In this document: positions 29,683-41,430 of the stretch, piece after piece
Layout of the letters: each line of letters begins with the position of its first letter
How positions within the stretch are numbered: position 1 is the first letter of the stretch
Assembly (NCBI RefSeq): GCF_009914755.1
Contig: NC_060926.1
Direction: 5' to 3' (one strand)
Length of the DNA stretch: 64,000 nucleotides
Origin: the human T2T-CHM13v2.0 reference genome, Homo sapiens
Made by a program: the position numbers and the translations under genes
Notes under the pieces: model-generated
Database searches by the model: none
Told to the model about the DNA's origin: nothing
What the model saw: the letters and a program-made list of their open reading frames with translations, nothing else

Positions 29683-30959
29683 ATTATCTCCATATTCTAG
29701 TATCCTATTTTATCGAGCAGTTATCATATAATACATAATATTTGGAAACTTGTGAATTTACTTATCTAATGCCTTTTGATTACAGAATGGAAAATCTATG
29801 ATGACAGAGGCAATACCTGAGTTAGACTTTCAGCATTGTTATAATGCCTGACAAAACAAGTAAATATTTGTTAAAGAAAGGAAGAGAGGAAGGTGATCTG
29901 ATTGCTAATAATAAGGCTCTTTTTTATTACTTCAACGTCTTACCATGCTTATATAAAAGTGACACTTAGGTTAGAAAATAGGTTAGGAAAGTATTTTTTC
30001 ATATGTGGTATTTTTCTAAACCATGTGTATAGTACTTTTATCTACAACTTTCAGAATTTCTCTCTGGAAAATGATGCCAAAAGTTATCAGAAAGGTAAAT
30101 TTCATTTTATGTTAATAAATTTAAAGATTTATCAGTATCTTTAATAATTTTCTTACCTATTAAAATTAATCTTTCAAAATCACAAAGCAAAATAATAGTC
30201 AGTGATTGAAAAACATTACTATGGGCTATGTATACCTTCTAAAATGATTTTTGTTTACAATTGTCAATGTATCTTTCTTGTTCCGAACAGCAAGTAGAAA
30301 TCAAGAGGTCACTTCCCAGTAGACTTCTGATAAAAGCCTGCTCTTTATCTCACAAATATGAACTCCACATTTAGAGCTGGAATTCCTCCAGATAGAGTTG
30401 GTAATAATACCCCAGGAAGTTTAAGGAGATGGTTGCCAGGTTGATACATATCTACATTCTGCTTCAGAGGGAGCAGAAGCCAAGTTAAGAGCTGCAAAGG
30501 CAAGATGCTCTAGACGTTTAGCAAAGATAAATATTAGTATTTTTCATATTTTAAAATGAGGTTCTCTAGCAAACTTAAGAGTCCGGTTCTCTTATAAGGA
30601 TTAAAATTAACTGGTTACCAATTAACATTTTTTTTAAAAGACCTATGCCTAAGGCAGAAACTTTAGAATGTGAAAACAGAGCCTCTCCCAGTTTTCATAG
30701 CAATTAACCTCAGTATTTGCCAATATACCCTTGATTTAACACTACCTGTTTATAAGGCAAATCTAAAATTTGCCTTATAAATATAAACATATATATTTAT
30801 ATCTGCCTGTATATTCTAACATACACACACATTTTGCCAAAAAGGTATTTAATTTAATCCTGACATATAGCTAAATATATGGATCATTTTAAAATAAAAT
30901 TTTAAAAAGCAATGCACAAAAGTTAAACAGTCCAGAAGTATACACAAAGCCAACTGCTC

Positions 30960-31310
30960 AACAATTCCCATTTATTTTTCCTCTTTCTGGGCATATAAAC
31001 AGATTTTGCATTTCACTCTTCCCTATAGTCAGATGGGGCAATATGAGTAGGTCATGGCCGTTGAATTGTGAAAAGGAATAATGTGGCATTTCCAGGCCCA
31101 GAGAAGGGGGTTCCCCATGCTCACAGGTTTTCTCTCTTGCAGTGACCTGCAGTTATCTGTTCCATATGAAGTAGCCCCAGGCTAGAGGAGAGTCACCTGA
31201 CCAACATCAGACTATAATGTCAGCAAGAGAAAAAAACTCTGTGGGTTAAGCTATTAGGAATACATAGTTTGACTGATGCGCCAGCTTGCAGTAATTGCCA
31301 TGAGCCATAC
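30960..31310 (+). mobile_element. Old MaLR LTR (MLT1I/J-like)
   Basis: ctatagtcagatggggcaatatgagtagg...atttccaggccc...cagcaagagaaaaaaactctgtgggttaagct. Confidence 0.5.
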
Positions 31311-32089
31311 TGATAATGCAAGTTTCAAGATTTGATTCAATAATCCATAAAATTATGAGATCAAATACTTTTTTCTTTGCGTAGAAAGATTCTACTGTTT
31401 TTTAAAATTACAGATTAATATTTTCTATTTCTGTATATGAAATTAAGAAAAAAATCAATTGAACTTAGATTTCATTATTTATATTGAATATATTACGTAT
31501 TTGAACACAGTTTTACCTTAAAAATCAGCTGTTAAATATAATTTAATTATTTCTATTATTATATAAATATCCCTACTATAAAAACCACTACATTTTACTT
31601 ACTTGGCAAGTTAGGATGGCCAACATATTTCTATAAGGGTACACACTGTTTATTGAAATATTTACATATGTTTACTGACTAGGGAGGGCCACTATTACGA
31701 CTTTGAGTATGTGGATTTTCTGACCAACATAGCATTCTTTCTTTCACCATTTCTGGAAAAAGAAAGAACATAATTTGCCACTCCAGATATATTGCTTAGT
31801 GGCTAACATTAAAGTAACATGAGAACATTTTTCATCCAGAAAAGAGTATCTTCACATGCAAGAGTTTCATGTGAAGTATTCAAACTGTGTTTTTTATTAT
31901 CCAATTATATACTTAAATCATACATAATTTCACAGTTAGCCCAATTCATTGATAAATAGCAAGTCAATAATATTATCTATTCAATACATTGAATTTTCTT
32001 CACTTCTGACTAATTGATAATGTTAAAAATGCTAGCAGAAGCACTCCAGAGTTATTTTTGAACTCATGGCTTAAGAAAAGTCCAGATAG

Positions 32090-32510
32090 AAATAGCAAAT
32101 ATGCTAATAGCACTTACTACAAGCCAGCCATTCATGGATCCATGTGGTTTACATCCTTCCAAGGTCCGTACAATCACATTAGCAGGCCAGAATATTATTA
32201 CTCATATTTTAAAGATGAAGAAATTCTCATCATAAAGTAACATTCATCCCCACACAAAAAAGTAATCACTAATAACATTTAGTTAGCTCTATTTTGGATC
32301 TGTGTCAGAGGTAAAGTATTATAATACTTCAGGGATCATAAAAGTTTTGGATGGTTTCCTTCACATATATGTTGCTGATTATAAACTTCACACCTTTGTA
32401 AGGAAAGGATTTTAAAATCAAATGAAGAAATGAGCCATGAAAAAGGTTCACTCACTTGTCAGAGGTCACATAGTGAGTAAGTGGTGGAGGCAGGATTTAA
32501 ACCTAGAGTA
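32090..32510 (-). mobile_element. MIR SINE split by a local duplicated insert and by Tigger2 (last piece at ~34701-34730)
   Basis: tagcacttactacaagccag...attttaaagatgaagaaat [insert] atgaagaaatgag...cacttgtcagaggtcacatagtgagtaagtggtggaggcaggatttaaacctag. Confidence 0.75.
32238..32423 (+). repeat. Copy A of a ~185-bp dispersed direct duplication
   Basis: ~90% identical by eye to 37476-37662. Confidence 0.95.
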
Positions 32511-33412
32511 TAATGTATCTTTGAACAACGTAGGAGTTAGGGGTGCTGACCCCTGTGCACTGGAAAATCTGAGTATAACTTCTGACTCCCACAAAACTTA
32601 ATATCCTACTGTTCACTGGAAGCCTTATTAATAACATCAACAGTAGATTAACATATATTTTGCATGTTACATGTGTTACATACTATATTCTTAAAGTAAG
32701 CTAGAGAAAAGAAAATGTTATTAAGAAAATCACGAGAGGAAAATAGATTTACAGTACTGTACTGTATCAATACTCTAACTGTATATTATCTCTTTACAAG
32801 ATGAATCCTGTCTGAAAGGTCAGGAAACTGCAGTTGCAAACCTCAATCTACAGGACATATCAAGCAGTTCAACTTTTTCTTGTAATGTTAAGACATTTCT
32901 CTCCTTCTTGGGAGCACTTCCAGCATCACTAGTGACACTTCATATGGGTCCCATGGTGTTATTCAAGGTTTACGGTATTGCACTAAACACAATGAACAAT
33001 ACAGGAGAACTGTGACAGATCACTTTTTACTGACATCCACAATTTATTGGGAGATGAACTGCTCATGCTGAGATGATTAGCATCACATGGCATGTTAGGT
33101 GGCTATTCACATCACTTAAGCTCACCACAATAGCAACTAGCGGAGGCTAGAAAATTAATACAGTAATTCAGTATGTAATGCAGTTAATTTTATGCAATTA
33201 TGATCTAATATGGCACCTTAACATTAGTTTATATTTCTCTCAACTGCAAATGGCACCATGTATGGTCTGCAAGTGTTACTGTGCATAAGTTTTAATAAAC
33301 TTTAACTTCTTATAATAGGTTTGTGTATATTTTATGGCCATAAATGAGAAAATAAACTAGTATCTACAATATTTTATGTATCTATGACATACTTAACTTT
33401 TTCTTAATTTTT

Positions 33413-34184
33413 TTATTACACTTTAAGTTCTGGGGTACATGTGCAGAACATGCAGGTTTGTTACATAGGTATACACGTGTCATGGTGGTTTGCTGCACCC
33501 ATCAACCCGTCATCTACATTAGGTATTTCTCCTAATGCTATCCCTCCCCTAGACCCCTACCCACCAGCAGGCCCCACTGTGTGATGTTCCCCTCCCTGTG
33601 TCCATGTGTTCTCATTGTTCAGCTCCCACTTAAGAGTGAGAACATGCAGTGTTTGGTTTTCTGTTCCCTTGTTAGTTTGCTGAGAATGATGGTTTCCAGC
33701 TTCATCCATGTCCCTGCAAAGGATATGAACTCATCCTTTTTTATGGCTGCATAGTATTTCATGGTGAACATGTGCCAAATTTTCTTTATCCAGTCTATCA
33801 TTGATGGGTATTTGGATTGGTTCCAAGTCTTTGCTATTGTGAACAGTGCCGCAATAAACATACGTGTGTATGTCTCTTTATAGTAGCATGATTTATAATC
33901 CTTTGGGTATATACCCAGTAATGGGATGGCTGGGTCAAATGGTATTTCTAGTTCTAGATCCTTGAGGAATCGCCACACTGTCTCCCACAATGGTTGAACT
34001 CATTTAGACTCCCACCAACAGTGTAAAAGCGTTCCTATTTCTCCACATCCTTTCCAGCACCTGTTGTTTCCTGACTTTTTAATGATTGCCATTCTAACTG
34101 GTGTGAGATGGTATCTCATTGTGGTTTTGATTTGCATTTCTCTAATGGCCAGTGATGATGAGCGTTTTTTCATATGTTTGTTGG
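33413..34184 (-). mobile_element. L1PA (L1PA5-7-like) 3' segment: ORF2 C-terminus remnant plus 3'UTR
   Basis: ORF 33619-33990 (WETVWRFLKDLELEIPFDPAIPLLGIYPKDYKS...) is the L1 ORF2p C-terminus; L1PA 3' end and T-tail at left. Confidence 0.95.
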
Positions 34185-34549
34185 AATTTCATATCCAGCC
34201 AAACTGAGCTTCATAAGAGAAGGAGAAATAAAATTCTTTACAGACAAGCAAATGCTGAGAGATTTTGTTACCACCAGGCCTGCCTTACAAGAGCTCCTGA
34301 AGGAAGCACTAAATATGGAAAGGAAAAACCGGTACCAGCCCCTGCAACAACATACCAAACTGTAAAGACCATCGACACTATAAAGAAACTGCATCAACTA
34401 ACAGGCAAAATATCCAACTAGCATCATAATGACAGAATCGAATTCATACATAACAATATTAACCTTAAATTTAAACGGGCTAAATGCCCCAATTAAAAGA
34501 CACAGACTGGCAAATTGGATGAAAAGTCAAGACCCATCGGTGTGCTGTA
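34185..34549 (+). mobile_element. Inverted 5' segment of the same L1: ORF1 C-terminus, spacer and ORF2 start
   Basis: [45 protein letters not shown] (ORF1p end); ATG at 34429 gives MTESNSYITILTLNLNGLNAPIKRHRLANW (ORF2p endonuclease start). Confidence 0.93.
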
Positions 34550-37475
34550 CTTTTAATTTTTAGTATTTCTAGGCTATACAGATTGTTGAGTTTTTCCAAA
34601 CTGCAGAAACTTTCACTTTGTTTCTAATATATTTATTCAAAAATACCCTCAGATAAGTGGACCCATGCAGTTCAAGCCAGTTGTTCAAGGGTCAGCTCTA
34701 ATGTGGTTCCAGGGTCCATATAGTTAATGAAAGCATTATTCTCTCAAATTATTTCATCACAAACAAAAGATTTTCCTTATCCTGTGTCTTGAGTTTGACT
34801 GCTTCTTTTTCATTTTTTGTTTACCCATGGTTGACCAGAATGCCTAGAACATAGTAGTCAAAAAGGATTTTTAATTTAATTAAAGAAATTAAGGGAGGAT
34901 GCCACTTTAGATATCTGTTCATAAAGAATATAGTCATAAAGACTATATTACTATCTGGAGAGCAGAATCTAAACAAACCATCAGATTTGTAAACCCAGGG
35001 CTGTGAACTGTTTCTGTTCCCAATTCAAGAGACTAAGCTGGTGTGCCTTTTGGAAAGTAAGTGAGGACCTTAAGCAAAAATAGATTAGGTAATTAAACAG
35101 TCATGTAAGACACATGGCTTAGACACAGCTTCCCCATGGAAACCAGTCATTCACAAAGGGAAGGAGCAATGAGAAGAAAGTTTTTTGCAAATGTGCACAG
35201 AGTTTATGGTCAACAGTATACATGAGAAGACTTCATTCTTAAAAGTAAAGAAACAATTTAACTATTCATACTCATTCCTGAGATCATCCAGGGCCAAAAT
35301 GTGCTCGCTATCAGATGAGTAACTCATAGTTCAGAAGAAAATTACTATGAAACAAAGAGAATTATTTTTCTCTCTGATTACAATTTTAAACCTTTACTTT
35401 TCAGGCACTTTAGCCCTAAATTTGTTTTCACTATTTGTTTAATTTAATTCCTTAGAAAAGCTATGTCATAAGCCATCTGATGACTTTGTAAATGCAAAGG
35501 GCCAATGTTGTGGAACAGACAATCTAATGACATAGTGTTTAGTGTTCCCTAAAGCAGGAGACAGATGAAGAGAAACGGTGAACCGGCAACCTTAGCATAA
35601 TTAAGACAAGCCTGAGTGCTTGCCATGGTGCCATTACATTAATCTCACATCAGTGGCACCTGGCTAAAATTTATGAGATATGTAAAAAGGGCCTTTCCAA
35701 CTGACCTTGATAAGGCAGAGTTATTTATCATGTGAGAGAATAGTCAGCAAGCTAGGGGGAATGAGGTATATTAGAAATAAGTTGACAGAGAGATTTAAGG
35801 GCAGTGGGCTGCGATACACATTGACTGAAAAGATCTAGGGAAGCATTTCCAGCACTATCAATCTTAAACATCTTTGACAAGTAAAATATAAAATCATGCA
35901 TAATGTTAATAATATATATGAGAAGAGGTAATAGTAAATGTCAAGTTTTAAACTGATGCTAGTTCATTCATTTAATATTTTTTGATGTGTGTTTATTGAG
36001 CTAATATAATGGAACTTGCAACCACAACGGATTCTACACGATTTCACCCCCGAATAAATAAGCACAACATATTCACCGTGAGTTCCCTGGAGCACTGTCT
36101 CATTTTATTCATCATTTCATTTCAAGGGCCTAGTGTAGAGTCTGAAACAGTTTAATCCCAATAAATACCCAGATCTTTTTAATGGCTAACTGCTTCCTGT
36201 TCTTCAGGTCTCAGCTCATACTACAGAGAGTCTCCTAGCCACAGAGGAAGACCACAAAGTGTCCCCTGGCCACCTCATCAAAAAGACTTACCACTGTATT
36301 TAACTCTCTTATGTATTGCCTGCATGCTTATTATTTGCTTTTCCTCCCTGGACTCTAAGATTCCCTTTCTTGTTCATCTTTATATGCTGACACAGATTCA
36401 TTATTAGAACAGGACGTGGTAGGTGCTTAATACTTGCCAAGTGAATAGAAGAAGGGGTGCTTATTAAATAAATTGTGGAAATCAGTAAACAGAGGAGTAT
36501 GATTATGTTTCAGGTTATATTTTGGAAATTACATACTTTTTTATTTTAAACCATTGCAATATCAGTAGGAACAACTTGAAAAAAAATCAGACAATGGCCT
36601 TTCTTCACTCCGGACTTCACTGGGATAAAATTAGTATCACAATAATTCATTATCGATTGTTGATTGAAAAAATGTCTCTTTTCTTTTCAGCAGTTGCCGC
36701 TAATATTGTTAAATAGAACTAGGCTTTTTAGGACATAAACAGTTTTGTACTTGAAATGTTTCAATAAGAAATATGAAGGGAAACAAAGTGGTTTGGTTTT
36801 GGTTGAGGTTTTGTTTGCTTTACTTCCATATAAAATGTACACATAAAATATTGGTAGCTGCAATCTGTAGAAATTGCCATAATATAAGTGACATTTTACT
36901 TCTGTTCATGGGCCAACTCATCAGCACAAGGGTCCTTTATTTTATTTTTTGTGTAACAGACAATTTGAAGATTTCCTTTTGACTTTATCAAACATAATTG
37001 AATTTATACTTCCACTAAAATGGAGATGGATGGGTAAAATTCTATCTTTATACAATGAAAGCCTTATGGTCTTTTCAGTGAGGGGAAACAGCAGCACAGA
37101 TTTAGAATGTCACATAGAAAAATCACATTGGGCCAAGCAGACCTGAATGATTTTAGGCCACACCAGCAAGAAAATGGCTTCTAACATTTAAATTCTACTT
37201 CTTCACCATTGTGTACTTGGTAACTCTTCTATGCAAAAGCACAGACTAGCTGAAAACAGCAAGTCACAAAAAATAATCTTAATGGTCTTTCATTATATCT
37301 TAAAATCTGTATTAAAAGTAAGGCACATTTGGTAGCTAGTATTTTAGAATGAAGGTAGAAAAGCAATCTTCACTTTAAAAAAAGCTAAAATTAATAAAAT
37401 GAATATATAGATACTTGAAAGAAAAGGTTAACTTGCCTCAATTCCTAGCATAATCGGTCACTTTATAATCCCAAT

Positions 37476-37662
37476 TAACATTCATTCCCACACAGAAAAT
37501 TAATCACTAATAACATTTGATTAGCTCTATTTTGGATCTGTGTCAGAGGTAAAGTATATAATGGTACTTCAGGGATCATAAAAGTTTTGGATGGTTTCCT
37601 TTGCATATATGTTGCAGATTATAAATTTCACACTTTGTTAGGAAAGGATTTTAAAATAAAAT
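37476..37662 (+). repeat. Copy B (probable donor) of the ~185-bp duplication
   Basis: Matches 32238-32423; lies in degraded L1ME-like context with no flanking direct repeats seen. Confidence 0.93.
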
Positions 37663-40600
37663 ATATCAGAATAATTAAATCTCTCTCTTTTACTGTAAAT
37701 TTGTGTGTATTTTTAATGCAACATAATTTGCTTAATTTTAAAATAAATATTGTATAAATAATGAGTTATGAGTATAGAAGAGAGTAGAATTAATGAAATT
37801 TCTCTACACTGTCTCCATTTGAACTGAATTTCTCTTGCTTTCTAGAACTTTTGCAGAATAAAATTAAAAGGTGCATAAAATATCAGATTTAATATTTGCT
37901 ACTGATCTTACCTAACTCTGGCAGATCTCTACTGAAATTTACTTATTTTAATGATTGGAATTCCATAATGAAAATTTAAAACTTCATACAAATAATAGAA
38001 CGCTGCTGATTTCTATTTGTAATGAATACACTGAAAGAGGGTAAAAGGGGAGATGAGGTTTATATTCATAATTCCATAACTTAGCAATCCTATCTTAATT
38101 AAAGAAAATCTGCCATATACTTACCACATAATTATCATCAAAGCAATAAGTTTTCATTATGATTCAAAGGCTGATTCTATGACCATTTTATCTTGTTTCT
38201 ATTTATCTTCATCCCATCAATTTTTGCTAACTTTGTCTTCAGATTAATTTTAAAAGATAGCTTTTGCTTTTTTAATTAATCAAAAGACCTGTGGTATCAT
38301 CCTTCTTCAAAAAATATGCCAATATGAGTCTTACTTTTCTTTCAAAAAGTTGGTGAATCTTGATCTTTTTTATTGTTTGTGATGAAACAGACATTTCTTT
38401 TTAAAATTAAATTCCAACGTCGTGAATGTATAGGTCATTGGTTTCTAGAGAAAGTCTTTAAATTAAGGACAATATTTTAATCTAGAAAAGGATACAAAAA
38501 GTTGTTGCATATAGGCCAAAAATGTTTAAGTGTGAAAGAGAAATGTAATTACATTATAAAGTTTTAGAAAATAATTATTTATCCTAACAAAACTCATTCA
38601 TTTCAAACAATAATCAAACAACATCTAGAATAATTTTGATATCTGCAATTGAATTGCAATGTAAAGAAATTTTCTTCAAAAAGAACTTGAAAATCTGCCT
38701 CAGAAGATGGGAAATAAATTATTTGAAAAATAAAATAAAATCCTAAATCACAATGTGATACCAACACAGACTGAGTAAATAATAAAAGGTTGTACCTCAT
38801 TACCTGTTTGAACAACCAGCCACCCAGTTGCTCTCAAAAATATAGTAGTTGTTAGATATATAGGCAATTTTTGCTAGTAGAACATATTCATTAATTTTTT
38901 CCTGTAGCAACCAACATATTTTTAAGGCAAGACATGAAAATCCATTATTTAATTTATCTGTCAATGCCTTGGGTCTGGGCATCTGATCTCCCCACTTGGA
39001 ATGGTTAATTCACCAAAAATGTCTGAGACAAAAAAGCCAAAATTCTTTAACACTTGCTGAAAGGTTAATGAAGAATGAAGTGATTCATAGTTTTCCCCAA
39101 AGTCAAGCATGTAAAAATCAATATTCTACATCTTAAATTTTTTATATACAAATTAAGCCAAATTTGGGCCAATCACCTTTTAGACATAAAAAGAGTTGCT
39201 CCTGAACATGCCTCAAATGTCTTCTCTGCGTTTCTGTTGCTGTTGTTGTTGTTTTCCTGAAGTAGGCAACATTTTTTATCAGGAGTATTACAGTTAGATA
39301 ACTTTATTCACACTGAAGTAGATTCCAGAATAATGAAATCATTGGCAGAAAGAAGCAAACCACAGTGGAAAAAGATGCAGGCATGAAGTAAAAGCATCAT
39401 GAATTGAATGAAACTAAAGATGGACTAAAGTCATAGAAACTGTTAAAACCAGGAGGACCCTAGAGATGTTCTCACTCAAAGCTCTCATTTTAGGAATCAG
39501 AAACTGGGGATCAGAGAAAGTGTGTGGCTTTCTCATGATCAGAAGAACCAGACCTAGATCCGAGGACTTGACACACTTGGTTTTGTACTGTCTATACTCC
39601 GTCTTTTGACACTTAATGAAATTAAGCAGGAAAAAGATAAGAAAATTTTTTTTGTAAAGTCACATTCCTCTAGGAATTATTTACTAAAATTCTTCTTCAC
39701 AACTCCCCCTCAGAAATACTGAAAGCCCTTCTTTTTTTTTCTAAAAAACATATTTGCAATTTAAGAAATCTTCTGAAACCGTCACAGATCTCAATTTGCT
39801 CTTCTATTATCATTAGTCTACTAATTTCATTAATATAATTTAACTGATTTTCTTTAAGAGTCTGATGAATTTGCCTCCCTCTTTCCAAGATGTTTAAAGC
39901 ACTATGTGAATTACTTTATTTGTAAAATGTAGAAGTGAGATGTTACGGGAATTAGTGTAAAATTTTAAAAGTGTGCAATAGGTAAAAAGTTTTCCCTCAA
40001 GATGTAAAATCCTACAAGACTAAGACTTCTAAACAAATGCCATCCCCAGTCACATATGGATATTTGGGAAACAGAAATCATCCACAGAACTGTTGATTCC
40101 TCTGTGAGCTCGCATTTTTAAAATTTCTATTTGTAGTAGTCAGGATTACCCATTTCATTTACATCAGTTGCTCTAGCTCTCTGTGTTCCAGCCATTTGGG
40201 TCACTCTGGTTTCTTTCAGTTCTTTCCATCTTGTTCTCTCCTTACAAGGCAAGCATTTAAATAGCTGAAGTGTATTGTTTCTAGAAAATTTCTGCATTGA
40301 AAGCCTTGAAGTCTCTATGGCACATTATGTGGTTCATCAAATAACCTGGAGCTTAAATTAGTATATTATTTTTCCATAATTTACCAAATAGCATCTTTCC
40401 ATCTACTTAAATTCTGAGCCTATATGTGTGACATAGTAGAATTTTAGGCCTATTTACCTTCCAAAATAGTAACAAGGGTAATTTATGCAACTCTGCTTCA
40501 ATGTGTTATAAAGTGTAAAAATCAATTGTCTAACCCAGACTGCAAAACCTATGCCACTCAATACACGATACGTTTATAAAACTAAAAGTCAAAAAAAGTA

Positions 40601-41258
40601 TGCATTGTGTGCCAGAGTATAAAAATATATTTTAAAAATCATTTGATAACATGCCCAACATTGCAATGAACAATTTGATCATTTAGAAGTTATATTTGAG
40701 AGAATGCCAAAATTCTCAGGTTATCATAATATTCTCTGATGGTCACTAAATAACAATGAAGTGAACAATTCTACCATCTGGACTTTGTTACGTAGCCCGA
40801 TGCTGCCCATAGAAAAGATTAACCTGGCAGGCACCACAGGGATATGTATTTTTTCAATTCCCTCATTTTATAGGCAAGGCAAATAAAATTCAGAAAGCTA
40901 AAATAATTGTAAACTTGGTTACAAAGTGACTTGGCAACAGAGCTGGGAGTAAAACCCAAGTCTCTGAGTTGTTCATTACAAGCAGGCTACTTTCACCTTT
41001 GAACTCTGGAAAGCACTTTTTAAAAAATATTTCTCTTTATCACAACTGCACTTGAGGTAACTCAGGTGTTATCGCCCTGATTTACTATGGGAAGATACAA
41101 ACTCTATTTGATTATTCGACTTGTATGAAGTAACCCAGGGACCTCGAGTGTGTCCATCATATTTATTTCATAAACATTTCAAGGCCAATAAGGACAAATA
41201 ATATACTTGTTATTTACTATGGACAAAAATAATGGGATATATTTTATACCACTTCATG

Positions 41259-41430
41259 AGTGGTTTTCCAGCTTGGCTAACCTCCATAATCATTAGAGTC
41301 ACTTGAAATCTTCTGGCTTTGCCCCAAACCCACTGAAGCAGAATCTCCAGGGAAAGTGCCTGGGAATTTGTATTTTTAAGTGGCTCCCCCAGGTGACTTT
41401 GGTAATTAGCCAAGTTTAGGAAACCTTGAC
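41259..41430. mobile_element. MER5B-like hAT-Charlie element
   Basis: agtggttttccagcttggct...gcagaatctccaggg...gaatttgtatttttaag...ccccaggtgacttt...gccaagtttaggaaacc. Confidence 0.7.

Larger units (their letters stand above)
32511..34698. mobile_element. Tigger2-family (Tigger2a/2b) DNA transposon interrupted by L1PA
   Basis: ...ttgaacaacgtaggagttaggggtgctgacccc at left; ataagtggacccatgcagttcaagccagttgttcaagggtcagct at right; TA on both flanks. Confidence 0.88.

Noticed and set aside
33619-34421. ORFs with real protein similarity
   Set aside because: Fragments of L1 ORF2p and ORF1p in a truncated, inverted dead element; reported as mobile element, not CDS
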